Assembly: GCA_964549935.1 (NCBI GenBank)
Contig: CAZJVT010000003.1
Coordinates: 159,501 to 223,500, forward strand
Reading direction: 5' to 3'
Length of the DNA stretch: 64,000 bases
Source of the DNA: an uncultured Candidatus Saccharibacteria bacterium
Lineage (GTDB): Bacteria > Patescibacteriota > Minisyncoccia > UBA6257 > 1-14-0-10-44-23
Within the stretch, counting starts at the first letter, position 1; every line of letters begins with the position of its first letter. The notes beneath the pieces were generated by a model that saw only the letters and a program-made list of their open reading frames with translations, did not search any database and was not told the origin of the DNA. Positions 9,610-19,399 of this stretch are shown in pieces. The position numbers and the translations under genes were made by a program.

Positions 9610-10340
9610 TCGGTCTTCTCGCTGGATTGATCGTCGCCTGGGCTTCGGCTGCGTCGGCCGACGTGCGCTACATGCCGCCTGAGCCGCGACGTGTCGGCAT
9701 CATCGAGATCTTCGGCTCGATCGAGCCGGCTGACGGCGATCGCTTCGCCGATGTCCTCGAGCTCGCCAAGACGTCGGCGAAATCTTTCTACGTCGACGGC
9801 GTGCCGCTCATCATGGTGTCCCTGAATAGCGCTGGCGGCGATGTTGCGACAGCGATGAAGATCGGACGCCTGGTCCGTGCTTCGTTCGCCAATACGAGCG
9901 TCATGACAGGCGGCAGATGCGCTTCCGCCTGCGTCTTCATTCTTGCATCGGGAGCCTTCCGCGTGGTTTCCGCGGACGGACGCGTCGGGCTCCATCGCCC
10001 TGTCTTCGCCGGTCCGGAATTCGGGAAGCTGCCGCCGGCACAAGCCCGGGATCGCTACAATCGCATGCTTCGCGAGATCCGCTCGTTTCTCGCTGGCATG
10101 GGTGCGCCGGACCAGCTCTATCTGGCGATGACGCGGGTGCCGTCGCAAGAGATCCGATGGCTGACGCGGAGGGAGGTCGCCGAGTTCGATCTGGACGGTG
10201 AGGACCCTGCGATCGCCGAATGGATCAGGGCCGCTCAGCGCAACGAGATGGGCGAGGAAATGCAGCGCAAGTTCGACGAGCACAGCCGATGCCTGCAGGA
10301 GGGCCGGGCAGAGCAGCAGTGCAGCAGGCTGCTGGACTGA
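9606..10340 (+). CDS. Secreted ClpP-fold (S14/S49-like) serine-peptidase-like protein with signal peptide
   Basis: Signal peptide MIGLLAGLIVAWASAASA. SAGGDVATAMKIGRLV and GRCASACVFILASGA resemble the ClpP SPGGSV and ASMG motifs. GTGA overlap with recombinase stop. Confidence 0.6.
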   Translation: MIGLLAGLIVAWASAASADVRYMPPEPRRVGIIEIFGSIEPADGDRFADVLELAKTSAKSFYVDGVPLIMVSLNSAGGDVATAMKIGRLVRASFANTSVMTGGRCASACVFILASGAFRVVSADGRVGLHRPVFAGPEFGKLPPAQARDRYNRMLREIRSFLAGMGAPDQLYLAMTRVPSQEIRWLTRREVAEFDLDGEDPAIAEWIRAAQRNEMGEEMQRKFDEHSRCLQEGRAEQQCSRLLD

Positions 10341-10377
10341 AATCGACGAACTCCTTTTCATGGTTCAAGGATCCCAG

Positions 10378-10650
10378 ATGTCCGCGCGTATCCATATCCT
10401 GGGCGAAGAGGGCGAGATCGAGCGCTCGATCTCGTCGATCTCCGAGCTGGCTCTCCTTTGCAAGGGACGTACGGAGCTGATCGCCCGGCGGGAGATCGCG
10501 AACGACCATCGGATGGGCCCCAAGGACCTGGTCCAGGTCGACGTCGAGAAGACGGCCCGGAATGCCGGCTACGAATGCCGGCAGGCGACGATCGCCGACC
10601 AGTTCGCACAGCTCGGCGACTGGATCTGGTGGGCTGAATTCGAGGGCTAA
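10378..10650 (+). CDS. Small hypothetical protein (90 aa)
   Basis: In-frame tail of ORF 10198..10650. SD AAGGA 7 nt before ATG 10378. Confidence 0.5.
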   Translation: MSARIHILGEEGEIERSISSISELALLCKGRTELIARREIANDHRMGPKDLVQVDVEKTARNAGYECRQATIADQFAQLGDWIWWAEFEG

Positions 10651-10681
10651 ACGGAGACTCTCGATTAGCCTTCATACATAT

Positions 10682-10718
10682 TGTGGATAACTTCTAGTCG
10701 ACCGCTACATCTTGTAGC
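10682..10718. promoter_or_regulatory. DnaA box TGTGGATAA (10682-10690) plus palindrome GCTACA-TCT-TGTAGC (10704-10718), upstream of 10757 gene
   Basis: Read directly. Confidence 0.3.
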
Positions 10719-10756
10719 GTTTAAGCTCCCTGCCAGGCAACCACAGGGAGTGCGCC

Positions 10757-11617
10757 ATGACTGCCGTCCGTGTCGCCCAGACCGTCGAAAACCCGTCCCA
10801 TTTCCCCGACCCCACCCGCCAGGCGGTCCCGCTCCTCGATTCCCTGACCGTCGACCACGGCCCGGCGCGCCTCATCACGGAGTTCTTCGCCAGGGCCGAG
10901 GGCCTCATGCGCTCGCACGGCATCCACCTCTGGTTCTCGAACGACTTCCGCGTCCTCGAGCAGATCAACGCCGTGAACGTCGGCAGCTGGTACCGGCTGT
11001 GGCCGGCCTTCACGGCGGAGGGCGGCGCCGGCGCCGACAATGCCTACTTCTTCTTCGGCACCCTCGACGGCCAGGTCGTGGCGACGCAGGTCGGCCGCGT
11101 CTACCGGATGCCCGAGGGGCTGACCGAAAGCTGCAGGTCGCTCCGCTTCATGTATAGCGACCCCGCGACCATGGCGACGCCGGAGGATCGATGCGAGCTC
11201 CTCGGCGAGGCGGCCCTTCATGGAGAGGAGATCCGCGGGACCGTCGTGCAGAGCGGCGGCACCTGGTTCCATACCGAGCACGCCCGCGGCCGCGGCTTCG
11301 CACATGTCTTTCCCAGGCTGTCGCGGGCCTTCGCGCTTGCCCGCTGGGGAACGGACTGGACCGTATCGACCGTCCGCCAGAGCCTGGCCGACATCGGCGT
11401 CGGCAACGCCTATGGCTACAAGAAGCTCTATCCGGAGCTGATCTGGAAGGCGCCGGCCTCGCGCGCCGGCTACACCAAGGACGATCCCCTCAACCTGGTG
11501 AGCCTGGCGCGCGCCGAGACGATCGCGGATCTCGAGGCGGCGGTGGAGTCCCAGCGGTTCGCGGGGTTCGGACCCCGGCGTCCGGACGCTACGCCGCGAA
11601 TGCGGGCGGCGGAGTGA
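10757..11617 (+). CDS. Hypothetical protein (286 aa)
   Basis: ORF track; protein-like composition. Confidence 0.55.
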   Translation: MTAVRVAQTVENPSHFPDPTRQAVPLLDSLTVDHGPARLITEFFARAEGLMRSHGIHLWFSNDFRVLEQINAVNVGSWYRLWPAFTAEGGAGADNAYFFFGTLDGQVVATQVGRVYRMPEGLTESCRSLRFMYSDPATMATPEDRCELLGEAALHGEEIRGTVVQSGGTWFHTEHARGRGFAHVFPRLSRAFALARWGTDWTVSTVRQSLADIGVGNAYGYKKLYPELIWKAPASRAGYTKDDPLNLVSLARAETIADLEAAVESQRFAGFGPRRPDATPRMRAAE

Positions 11618-13151
11618 GCGAGGAGACCGTCACCACGCGCCTGGCGTCGATCGGCACGACCAGGCGGCCGTACCTGGCGATGCGGACGACGCCGGGCGTG
11701 CCGTCGTCGGCGTGCTCGCGGATGCGCGCGCTCACGCGCTCGAAATAGGGCTGCGAGAAGGTCGACGCCTCGACCAGGGCCTTCTCGACCTCGGCGCCAT
11801 AGGCGCTGTCGGGCTGGTCGGAGACGCGCCGGCCGATGGCGTCGAAGGCGAAGCTGGGGCCGTAGTAGTCGGGACCGCCGGGAACGAACTTGAAGGTGGC
11901 GCGACCGTCGTCGATGCCGACGACCCAGAGCCGGTGCGCCAGCCGCCGGTCGATGAGCTCGTTGAAGATGTGCTGGTTCAGGCCGCGGGAGAGGATGTTG
12001 AGCATGGGGCCCAACGGCTCCATCTCGCGCGCCGGAAGGTCGTCGAGGGCGATGCGCTGCGAGCGGTACAGCGGCACGCCGGAACCGGTCTTCTCGAGAT
12101 GGACGAGCTGCACGAGGCGCGCCGCGGCCGTGCTTCCGGTCGGCGCCGGCTCGGAGATCCAGCCTTCGCCCCAATGGATCCGAAGGCGGGCGGGGCCGGT
12201 CTGGCACGCGAGCCACGCGCGGGCATGGATGACGGCGCGCGAGATCGATCCGCGGGCCCGGGCCAGGACATCGATCCGGCCGGCGACGGGCTGGAAGACG
12301 ACGACGTCGAGGTTGCGTGCGAGATAGCGGGCGACGTCGCAGGTGGACTCGGGCGAGATCCCGTACTCGTCCAGCACCTGCTCGTTCAGCTCGCGGATGC
12401 CGTTCTCGTCGGCGATCATCGCCGTTCCCTCGACGAGGCTCCTGAACCGGCCCTGCGTCTCCTTCATCATCCCTTCGATGACGTCGAGCGCGGAGAGGGA
12501 GTTCGACGAGGTCGAGAGCACCGACCGGTCGAGGTCGACGATGCGGAAGTCGCGCCGGTCGGACATCATGGAGAGAAGCCAGTTGCGCAGCGTCCCGAGC
12601 CCGCCGGCGCTCACCGTGCTGGCCTTGAGCTCGACGGTGACGAGATCCCGGCCGAAGCCGACCGTCACCGGATGGGTCGAGGCCGTCCCGTCGATCCGTG
12701 CCCTGACATGCCCCTCGACGTCGATGACGAATCCGTCCTGGCGCCTGGGCTCGCACACGGCGCGGATGTGGTCGGCGAGATGGGCCGCGACCTCGTTGAC
12801 CTCGCCGTACCACATGCGCTTGACGACGCTGAAGGTCAGGTGCGGATGCGCGAGGTGCCGGGTCACGCGCAGGATCTGGCTCTTGACGTTCTCGCCGGCG
12901 CGCGGAACTCCGGCGAGCGCGCGAAGCCGCATCGAGATCTCGCTCCGGACAGCCTGGGCCCCGCTGTCGGGAGCCGATCCTGGGGTCCGCTTCATGGCGC
13001 GCGGCCGCTCCCGTCGGCGGTTGGGATCCGCGGCATCGCAAATTCCCTGAACCCAGCGAGGATCATCGCCCCAAGTTCTCCAGTCCATCCCGTCGGCCGG
13101 TAACTTTAGCGTTAGTCCTGCATTCAGAACAACCTGGAAGCGCTGGCTCAC
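11589..13151 (-). CDS. Hypothetical protein (up to 520 aa; alternative starts at 13088 or 12995)
   Basis: This frame has diverse residues (W, Y, F, H, N, Q). The two overlapping ORFs (11470..13041 - and 11712..13103 +) are Arg-rich or antisense-like. Confidence 0.55.
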   Translation of the reverse strand: MSQRFQVVLNAGLTLKLPADGMDWRTWGDDPRWVQGICDAADPNRRRERPRAMKRTPGSAPDSGAQAVRSEISMRLRALAGVPRAGENVKSQILRVTRHLAHPHLTFSVVKRMWYGEVNEVAAHLADHIRAVCEPRRQDGFVIDVEGHVRARIDGTASTHPVTVGFGRDLVTVELKASTVSAGGLGTLRNWLLSMMSDRRDFRIVDLDRSVLSTSSNSLSALDVIEGMMKETQGRFRSLVEGTAMIADENGIRELNEQVLDEYGISPESTCDVARYLARNLDVVVFQPVAGRIDVLARARGSISRAVIHARAWLACQTGPARLRIHWGEGWISEPAPTGSTAAARLVQLVHLEKTGSGVPLYRSQRIALDDLPAREMEPLGPMLNILSRGLNQHIFNELIDRRLAHRLWVVGIDDGRATFKFVPGGPDYYGPSFAFDAIGRRVSDQPDSAYGAEVEKALVEASTFSQPYFERVSARIREHADDGTPGVVRIARYGRLVVPIDARRVVTVSSLTPPPAFAA

Positions 13152-13353
13152 CGAAAACGTAAGGCGGATCGCCTTGCGAGGGCGGTGGCACCCCGAAAAT
13201 CGGGATGCCGGACGACTTTTCCGGGAAACCGGAATCGGTTACTAGATCATAGGTTTAGAAGCGCTTCTGGACTGCACCGAGGTCGCGGGCGGGCCTCCTC
13301 GGATTTCCCGGGCGATCTCGATCCCCGGCGGCGAGGCCGGCCACGGCGCCCAC

Positions 13354-13710
13354 TTATCCTTGCACGGATCTCACGCGGGCGACATGCGAGCAGGCTTCGA
13401 TCCAATCCTCGTGCTCCTTGCCGGGCATGAATGCGCCGTACTCGATCGCGTGCCTCTCCTTCGTCAGCGCCTCGTGCTGCCCGCGCCAGAAGCGGCGGCC
13501 GTGAAGAATGGAGCTCGCCTCGGAGAGAAAGTCGTCCGGCCTGCAGTCCTGGTCGAGGGCGACGATGTCAGGCGGCCAGGTCAGGTAGGCGGCGAGGGAC
13601 AGGAGAGCCAGGACTGCCTTGATCCTCTGCCCATCGCGATACAGCGAGCGCGCCGTGAATGCCGCCAGCACCAGGAGGATGGAGAGGCCGGCGAACTTGA
13701 GGATGGTCAT
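13354..13710 (-). CDS. Small membrane-anchored hypothetical protein
   Basis: N-terminal hydrophobic helix ILKFAGLSILLVLAAF. Confidence 0.45.
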   Translation of the reverse strand: MTILKFAGLSILLVLAAFTARSLYRDGQRIKAVLALLSLAAYLTWPPDIVALDQDCRPDDFLSEASSILHGRRFWRGQHEALTKERHAIEYGAFMPGKEHEDWIEACSHVARVRSVQG

Positions 13711-13782
13711 CGGGCGATCCGAGCGTTCAGTCGAGAGCGGCTTGCATCCGTCGATCCAGGTCTTCCGCGCCGGTTCAGCGCA

Positions 13783-14562
13783 TCACCCCCGATAATCGTG
13801 CGGCCTCAGCCCCTCCGGCTTCCTCGCGATATCCTCGATCCCGATCTCCACCATCCCGGCCTTCCGCGCCCGCTCCTCGATCTCCCCGAGCTCGGCGCCC
13901 TCCTTGAGCCAGCCGACGCGGACGTCCTTCTCACCGAACCCGAGATCCTCGACCGCCTTCAGCCAGGCGGCATGGACCTCGCCATTGCCGGCGACGTGCT
14001 TCGCCTTCTCGGTGAAACCCCAGCACTTCACCGCGGGGAATCCCAGCAGGCTGTAGGTGCGGCGCTCCCTCAAGGGGCAGTTCCACATGTCGGAGCGCTG
14101 CAGCTTGATGCGGCCGGTCCTGTTCTCGACGAAGGCCCACAGCAGCTGGCGGTACTTCGTCGCCTTCTCGATGTGCTTCGGGCTCCGGAAGTCGCAGTAG
14201 GTCGTCTTCGGCACCAGCATGATCCACGTCGCCTCGGGCTTCGCCCCCAGAGCCGCCGAGACGCCCTCGATCGCCTCGTCGGCCGTCGCGTCGACCCATT
14301 CGTCGCCGCCATCCGCGGTCTCGAGGCGACGGAGCCGGCTGCGGGCCTTGACCTCGATCGCCGCGAAGACGCTGTCGTCGCTTCCGGACTTGGGCGCATC
14401 CACATGCCAGAGCGCGACCAGATCGATGCCGCGCGGTGAGTAGCATTGCGAGATCTTGAAGCGGTCGGTGCGATTGCGATCGCGGCCGATCTTGATGCCG
14501 CGATCGAAGCCGGCGTCCTTGAAGGCGTAGATCCAGCCGGAGCTGGGGGCGTGAGCTGTCAT
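13783..14562 (-). CDS. GIY-YIG-like / T5orf172-type domain protein (N-terminal GWIYAF ... KIGRDRNRTDR)
   Basis: Motif GxIYxF ... KIGRxxN characteristic of the T5orf172/GIY-YIG-like family. Start taken at MTAHAPS (ATG 14562) to avoid 5' overlap with the HNH gene. Confidence 0.55.
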   Translation of the reverse strand: MTAHAPSSGWIYAFKDAGFDRGIKIGRDRNRTDRFKISQCYSPRGIDLVALWHVDAPKSGSDDSVFAAIEVKARSRLRRLETADGGDEWVDATADEAIEGVSAALGAKPEATWIMLVPKTTYCDFRSPKHIEKATKYRQLLWAFVENRTGRIKLQRSDMWNCPLRERRTYSLLGFPAVKCWGFTEKAKHVAGNGEVHAAWLKAVEDLGFGEKDVRVGWLKEGAELGEIEERARKAGMVEIGIEDIARKPEGLRPHDYRG

Positions 14563-14681
14563 GGGACCTTTGGCGACATGGAGAAGGACTGCGTGGACGA
14601 CGCGCGACGGAAAGAATCCTAGCCAATCTCGAATCCGCGATACAACCTTCGATCCCGGTGCCACGGAGTAGGATCGCCTCG

Positions 14682-15092
14682 ATGCCGGATGCGACGGCGA
14701 CGCCCGATCGCGATCTGCCTGACCCCATGTCCGCCTGCTGCCTCTGCGGCCTCGACATCCCCTGCCTCGTCGAGGGCGCCCATGTCCCTGACCGCGCGAC
14801 GGCGCCCGACGACATCGCCCGCCTCTGCCTCCTCTGCCACCGGGCCTACGATCTCGGCCTGATGACCGACGACGAGATCCGCGCCGCGCGCAGCGCCTGC
14901 GACGCCGGCGGCCAGGCGCCGTTCGCCGGCAGGGCCGAGGATCTCCATGCGCTGTGGCGCGGGCGCGATCCCGACTGGTCGCGGCTGCAAAAGGGCGCGC
15001 AGGCGAGGGCAGGGAAGACGATCAGGCGGCGGTCGGCGGCCAGGCGCGCGGCGAGGACGCGATCGGCGAACCGGTCGCCGGCCACGGATTAG
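14682..15092 (+). CDS. HNH endonuclease-family protein (CxxC ... H ... N ... LCxxCH)
   Basis: MSACCLCGLDIPCLVEGAHVPD ... LCLLCHRAYD; start uncertain (GTG 14658 / ATG 14682 / ATG 14724). Confidence 0.6.
   Translation: MPDATATPDRDLPDPMSACCLCGLDIPCLVEGAHVPDRATAPDDIARLCLLCHRAYDLGLMTDDEIRAARSACDAGGQAPFAGRAEDLHALWRGRDPDWSRLQKGAQARAGKTIRRRSAARRAARTRSANRSPATD
14944..15017. repeat. Direct repeat copy A: TCCATGCGCTGTGGCGCGGGCGCGATCCC ... AAGGGCGCGCAGGCGAGGGCAGGGAA, inside the 3' end of the HNH gene
   Basis: Near-identical copy at 19400-19456 (copy B lacks 17 nt). Confidence 0.8.
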
Positions 15093-15133
15093 TCGGATCG
15101 AAGCTCATGCCCAATCCCTGGAAGGAGGCGCTC

Positions 15134-15499
15134 ATGCGGAGCTTGACAGTCTCGGCCCTGATTGCAGCCGCTCTTGCTGCGGTCGCCGCGCCGGCCGTGG
15201 CCCAGGCGATCGTCTGCACGCCTGCCGAGAAGCATTTCTGCCAGCCCGGGTCCGGGTGCCAGCCGGCACAGCTTGGATCCTGGCTGGCGCTCGATCCCGC
15301 GAAGAAGAGCTACGAACGCTGCGACGCCAAGGGGTGCGACAAGTACCAGGCCGACGTGTCGACGTCGGGCGCCTATCTCACCCTCGAGCTTCCGGGCCGC
15401 GCCGCCTTTGCGCGGATCGGCGCCGGCGGCGAGTTCGTGGAGACGGCCTCGCTGGGCCTGGCGACCGTCATCAGCTTCGGCAGCTGCAGGCCGAGCTAG
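15134..15499 (+). CDS. Secreted cysteine-rich small protein (signal peptide MRSLTVSALIAAALAAVAAPAVAQA)
   Basis: SD GAAGGAGG immediately upstream of ATG 15134. Confidence 0.65.
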   Translation: MRSLTVSALIAAALAAVAAPAVAQAIVCTPAEKHFCQPGSGCQPAQLGSWLALDPAKKSYERCDAKGCDKYQADVSTSGAYLTLELPGRAAFARIGAGGEFVETASLGLATVISFGSCRPS

Positions 15500-15552
15500 C
15501 AGGGTCCTGTCATCCGGCTTTCTTCATCCCCGATCCGCGCTATCCTCGCCCC

Positions 15553-16266
15553 ATGTGCGGCCGCTTCTCCAACCGTCTCACCTGGCAAGAGATCCACGAC
15601 CTCTACGCCATCCACGACGACTTCCCGGCGCCGAACCTCCAGCCGCGCTCGAACATCTCGCCGACCCAGGCCGCGCTCGTCGTCCGCCGCGACGCCGACA
15701 CCGGCCGGCGCACCGCCGCCTTCCTCCGCTGGGGGCTGGTGCCCTTCTGGGCCAAGTCCCCGAAGGACGTGAAGATGACCACCATCAACGCGCGCGGCGA
15801 GACCATCGCCTCCAAGCCCGCCTATCGCGAGGCGGTGCGGAAGCGGCGCGCGATCGTGCCGGCCTGCGGCTGGTACGAGTGGACCGGGGAACCTGGCTCT
15901 AAACAACCTTGGCGCTTCGTCCGCACCGACGGCGATCCGCTGAGCCTGGCCGCGGTGTGGGAGCGGTGGTCGCCGAAGCCGGGCGTGCCGGAGGCGGAGG
16001 GGCTGGACCCGGTCGAGAGCTTTGCGATCGCGACGACCGCGGCCTCGCCTGATACAGCCCAGATTCACGATCGCATGCCGGTGGTGCTGGAAAAGCAGGA
16101 CCTCGATCTCTGGCTCGATCCGGATCCGAAGCAACTCGAGCGCCAGTTGGCGCTGATCCGGCCGGCGCCGGCGAAGTCGATCCGGTACTTCCCGGTGTCG
16201 ACGAAGGTCAGCAGCTCAAGGAACGAGGGGCCTGAGCTGGTGGAGGAGATCAGGCTCGAGGCGTGA
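15553..16266 (+). CDS. yedK: SOS response-associated peptidase (SRAP/YedK/HMCES family), abasic-site DNA-protein crosslink enzyme
   Basis: Begins MCGRFS with catalytic Cys2. The SRAP domain spans the whole protein (LRWGLVPFWAK, PACGWYEW). The upstream 200 aa of ORF 14947..16266 is Arg-rich readthrough, not coding. Confidence 0.9.
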   Translation: MCGRFSNRLTWQEIHDLYAIHDDFPAPNLQPRSNISPTQAALVVRRDADTGRRTAAFLRWGLVPFWAKSPKDVKMTTINARGETIASKPAYREAVRKRRAIVPACGWYEWTGEPGSKQPWRFVRTDGDPLSLAAVWERWSPKPGVPEAEGLDPVESFAIATTAASPDTAQIHDRMPVVLEKQDLDLWLDPDPKQLERQLALIRPAPAKSIRYFPVSTKVSSSRNEGPELVEEIRLEA

Positions 16267-16304
16267 TGCAGAGCGACTGTCGCTTTCGAGTCACTGCTCC
16301 TTGC

Positions 16305-17459
16305 TCAGCCCTGGCCTTCCTTCATCGTTTCGTACCATGCGGCGAAGTCCGCCTCTTCGAGCGCATAGGCGCCGCGCGCCGACTGCCAGACGATGCCCTT
16401 TTCGCGCAAAGCCGAGAGCGCGCTTTGCGCGGAAGCAGCGGTGACCTCCTCGCCCATCGCTTTCGAGTATGCGTCGAGCGCGTCCTTGGCAAATGGCTGG
16501 AAACCGTCGCCCTCTTCCGCTAACCGGCCGAGGACCGCCTGCTGCGTCGGCGTCAGGCTCTCCCAGGTCTGGCGATGAGTGTCCCAAATGCGCTTCCGGA
16601 CGATCTCGGCATTGCCGCGAAGCAGCGCGCCCAGACGGTCGGCCGCGTGCTCGCCCAATGCCACATCCTTCAGGAGGTCGACGAGGAATTCCGGCCGGCG
16701 GCCGATGAGCTCGAATGCGATGGCGACGTCGTCCTTGTCGAAGCGATTGCCCTCCGCCAGCCTCTCGTTGAGCCAGTCGGCATAGGCGTTCGTGAAGCTG
16801 CGATCGAGAAGCGGGAAGGGCGTGACCTGGAGGCCGAAGAAGGGCTGGGTACGCTTGTTGACCAGCTGCGCCAGCTTGTCGCGATGGGAGCCGGTCAGCA
16901 CCAGCATCAGGTTCGGCCCGTCATGGGCGTCGTCGCGCTGGTTGAGCGCATCGCGCGCCGCCTTGAGCGCGAACATCGTGGTCGTGCCTGCCTCGGTCGT
17001 CAGCGCATGCTGAGCCTCGTCGACGATCAGGCAGATCCGCTTCCCGGTTCTTTCGAGAAGAGCCTGAAGAGCGTCTGTCAGCGTGGTCCCGTCGACCGCG
17101 CCGATCTTGTCGACGTCGATCGAAGCCCACGAGCCGCCGAGCTTGCTCAAGCCCACCTTACGCGCCAGCTTCTCAGGCATGCCTGCAGCCGCCTTGAACG
17201 TGGCCTTGATGGCGTCAGCGATCAGCCGGGCAGGGTCCTCCTTCTGGTTGGACCAGAGGTCGACGTAGATCGGGAGGATGTTCCGGTTCTCGAGCTCGGG
17301 CACCAGGTCTCGCCGGAGGAAGGTCGATTTGCCGGTCCGCCTCGGGCCGGCAAGGACCAGCGTCCCGCCCGCGGAGAACGGCGTGGATCCTTCGAGCGCG
17401 TCAGCCAAGCTGGTGGCCAGCTTTGGGCGGGAGAAGTGGAAAGGCGCCGATCCAGCCAT
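16305..17459 (-). CDS. AAA-family ATPase (archaeal-type ATPase / DUF4143-like with C-terminal wHTH)
   Basis: Walker A GPRRTGKST, Walker B LIVDEAQ. Confidence 0.85.
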   Translation of the reverse strand: MAGSAPFHFSRPKLATSLADALEGSTPFSAGGTLVLAGPRRTGKSTFLRRDLVPELENRNILPIYVDLWSNQKEDPARLIADAIKATFKAAAGMPEKLARKVGLSKLGGSWASIDVDKIGAVDGTTLTDALQALLERTGKRICLIVDEAQHALTTEAGTTTMFALKAARDALNQRDDAHDGPNLMLVLTGSHRDKLAQLVNKRTQPFFGLQVTPFPLLDRSFTNAYADWLNERLAEGNRFDKDDVAIAFELIGRRPEFLVDLLKDVALGEHAADRLGALLRGNAEIVRKRIWDTHRQTWESLTPTQQAVLGRLAEEGDGFQPFAKDALDAYSKAMGEEVTAASAQSALSALREKGIVWQSARGAYALEEADFAAWYETMKEGQG

Positions 17460-17643
17460 GGGTTATGGTCAATTATGATATCGTCAATAATTTATTGAAT
17501 ACAAACATAATTGTCAATAGAGCACCCAGTCGAGAGAGCCGGAAGATCGTCTTCGACTAAGGCCGCTACGCCGCGGTAAGCGCCTTCATCGACCTGGGCT
17601 CCGACCTGACATTCAATCGGACATTTTCAAGTTCGACATCCTC

Positions 17644-18945
17644 CTAAACCGGCGCCCGGTTGAAGCCCGGGTAGACGAACGCGCCGCGGATCCGCTCGCA
17701 ATCCTGTTCGGACATCCCCTCGGCCCTGGCGAGCTGGTACCACTCGGATGCCACGAGCCGCTGCATCTCGTCGACGATGCGCTCGGCCTCCGCAGGCTCG
17801 AGCGTGAAGCGCCGGCACTGGCTCACCAGGTTCGTCGCATTCGCGATGCGGCCGAGATCGCCGATCTCCATGGCGAGATCGCGCCGGTCGAGCGAGACCG
17901 GCATCGAGGGCGTCAGGTCGTAGGCAGGCGAAATCTGCCACGTCCCGTCCCAGGCGATCACGGCATGGTTGCGCGGATGATCGTCGATGTTGGAGATGAG
18001 CGCATTGAAGCACATCCGTCGGAACAGCTCCTTCGCGTCGGCCGCGGACGTGGCCGAGATGCGGCGGAGCTCCTCGGCCAGAAGCACGTATGACCAGAGA
18101 TGCCGGTCCAGGGGGCCTTCATCGGCCCTGAGCAGGGTGAAGGCGCTCACCATGCGCGCACGGCGCCAGCCTTCGCCCTCGCGCTGGCGATCGAACCGCT
18201 TCACCAGCAGGGCATCGCGGCCGCCGACGTCGACGATGCGGCTGTCGGCGACCGTGATGCCGGCCAGCCGCGCGAGAGCGAGCATCGTCCTTTCCGCGCG
18301 GGCATTGTTGAAGCGATCGTCCGGTCGGTTGAACTTGGCGATCCAGAGCGCTCCATCGTCTTCCACGACTGCCTTCGGCCTGGCACCGCCCATCGAGGTG
18401 CCCAGCAGCAGGAGATCGCCGATCTGCGGCGCGGCGTCGGCCGATGACGCAGGAATGTCCTCGTCGGCGACGACCGCATCGGCTGCGGCCTGCAGCGCTG
18501 CGAGGTCGATCGTCCGGTTGAAGCGGGTCCGCGGAGCAGGAGGCTCGACGTTCCGTCCGAAGCCGAGGGCGCCGGCACGATCGTCGGGCGATTGCAGGAG
18601 ATAGTCGAGCTCGGAGGGCTGGGCGATCCCGGAATGCTTCTCGATCACCCGTCGGCCCCAGTAGTCGGGGCTCGCGTCCCGGATCGCGCCGAACACGCCC
18701 TTGAGCCTGACCGTATCGTAAGCCGTCGCCGCGAGCTTCAGCTCGACGGGATCGAGTTCGACGGCGTCCGGGCGCGCCAGATAGCTCCGTCCGTACACGA
18801 ACCGTCCGCGCGGGATGCCGAGCCCGTCGACCTCGAGGCGGTAGCGAGCGGCCGTTACGCTCGAGGTGGCGCCGGGGAGCGTGATGTAGACGAAGCACTC
18901 GTCGGCGGCGCGGCCAGCTCTGGAGGCCCCGGTCCTAGAAGTCAT
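17644..18945 (-). CDS. hipA: HipA-family Ser/Thr kinase toxin
   Basis: GGARPK P-loop-like motif and catalytic IDDHPRNHA motif. Confidence 0.85.
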   Translation of the reverse strand: MTSRTGASRAGRAADECFVYITLPGATSSVTAARYRLEVDGLGIPRGRFVYGRSYLARPDAVELDPVELKLAATAYDTVRLKGVFGAIRDASPDYWGRRVIEKHSGIAQPSELDYLLQSPDDRAGALGFGRNVEPPAPRTRFNRTIDLAALQAAADAVVADEDIPASSADAAPQIGDLLLLGTSMGGARPKAVVEDDGALWIAKFNRPDDRFNNARAERTMLALARLAGITVADSRIVDVGGRDALLVKRFDRQREGEGWRRARMVSAFTLLRADEGPLDRHLWSYVLLAEELRRISATSAADAKELFRRMCFNALISNIDDHPRNHAVIAWDGTWQISPAYDLTPSMPVSLDRRDLAMEIGDLGRIANATNLVSQCRRFTLEPAEAERIVDEMQRLVASEWYQLARAEGMSEQDCERIRGAFVYPGFNRAPV

Positions 18946-19273
18946 TGCTCATTCCCGAAGAGCGGGCGCGCTTGCGCGTGCGGCCGAGCTCGAGCGCCAT
19001 GCCTTCCTTGTCGAGGTCGGGGGCGGCGACCTCGGCCAGCTGCTGCGAGAGTCCGTAGGCCCAGAGCAGCGCTGCATAGACCGCAATGCCGGTCGAGGGC
19101 TTCCCGTCCTCGGCGTCTGCGATCACGAAGCGGCTGGTCCCGATCTTCTCCGCGACGACTTCCTGGCTAAGCCCGCGGCGGAGCCTGGCCGTGCGCAGGC
19201 TGGCGCCGAGGGTCTTCAGCGTGCGCTCGACCTCGAAGGGCGGGGCGGCAAGGAGCTGGTTGCGGGCGGACAT
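18935..19273 (-). CDS. hipB: HipB-like XRE-family HTH antitoxin
   Basis: HTH LSQEVVAEKIGTSRFVIADAE; overlaps hipA1 start by 11 nt. Confidence 0.8.
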   Translation of the reverse strand: MSARNQLLAAPPFEVERTLKTLGASLRTARLRRGLSQEVVAEKIGTSRFVIADAEDGKPSTGIAVYAALLWAYGLSQQLAEVAAPDLDKEGMALELGRTRKRARSSGMSNDF

Positions 19274-19399
19274 GGTCCGAATATAGGGGGCGGGTACGGA
19301 AATGTCACGATAAGACGTTAGTTCAAGACAACATAAGTGGATTTATTGAGATCTTGAAATAACAAATCTAAAGCCGAACCGGTGCAGCCAGCGGACATT

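Noticed and set aside
11470-13103. ORFs 11470..13041 (-, 523 aa, Arg-rich) and 11712..13103 (+, 463 aa)
   Set aside because: Extreme Arg/Pro or Gly/Asp/Glu/Ala composition. The third frame (11589..13151 -) has normal protein composition and was preferred.
14947-15552. N-terminal 200 aa of ORF 14947..16266 (+)
   Set aside because: Arg/Gly-rich readthrough. The real gene is the SRAP domain starting at MCGRFS (15553). ORF 14954..15499 in another frame holds the genuine secreted Cys-rich protein.
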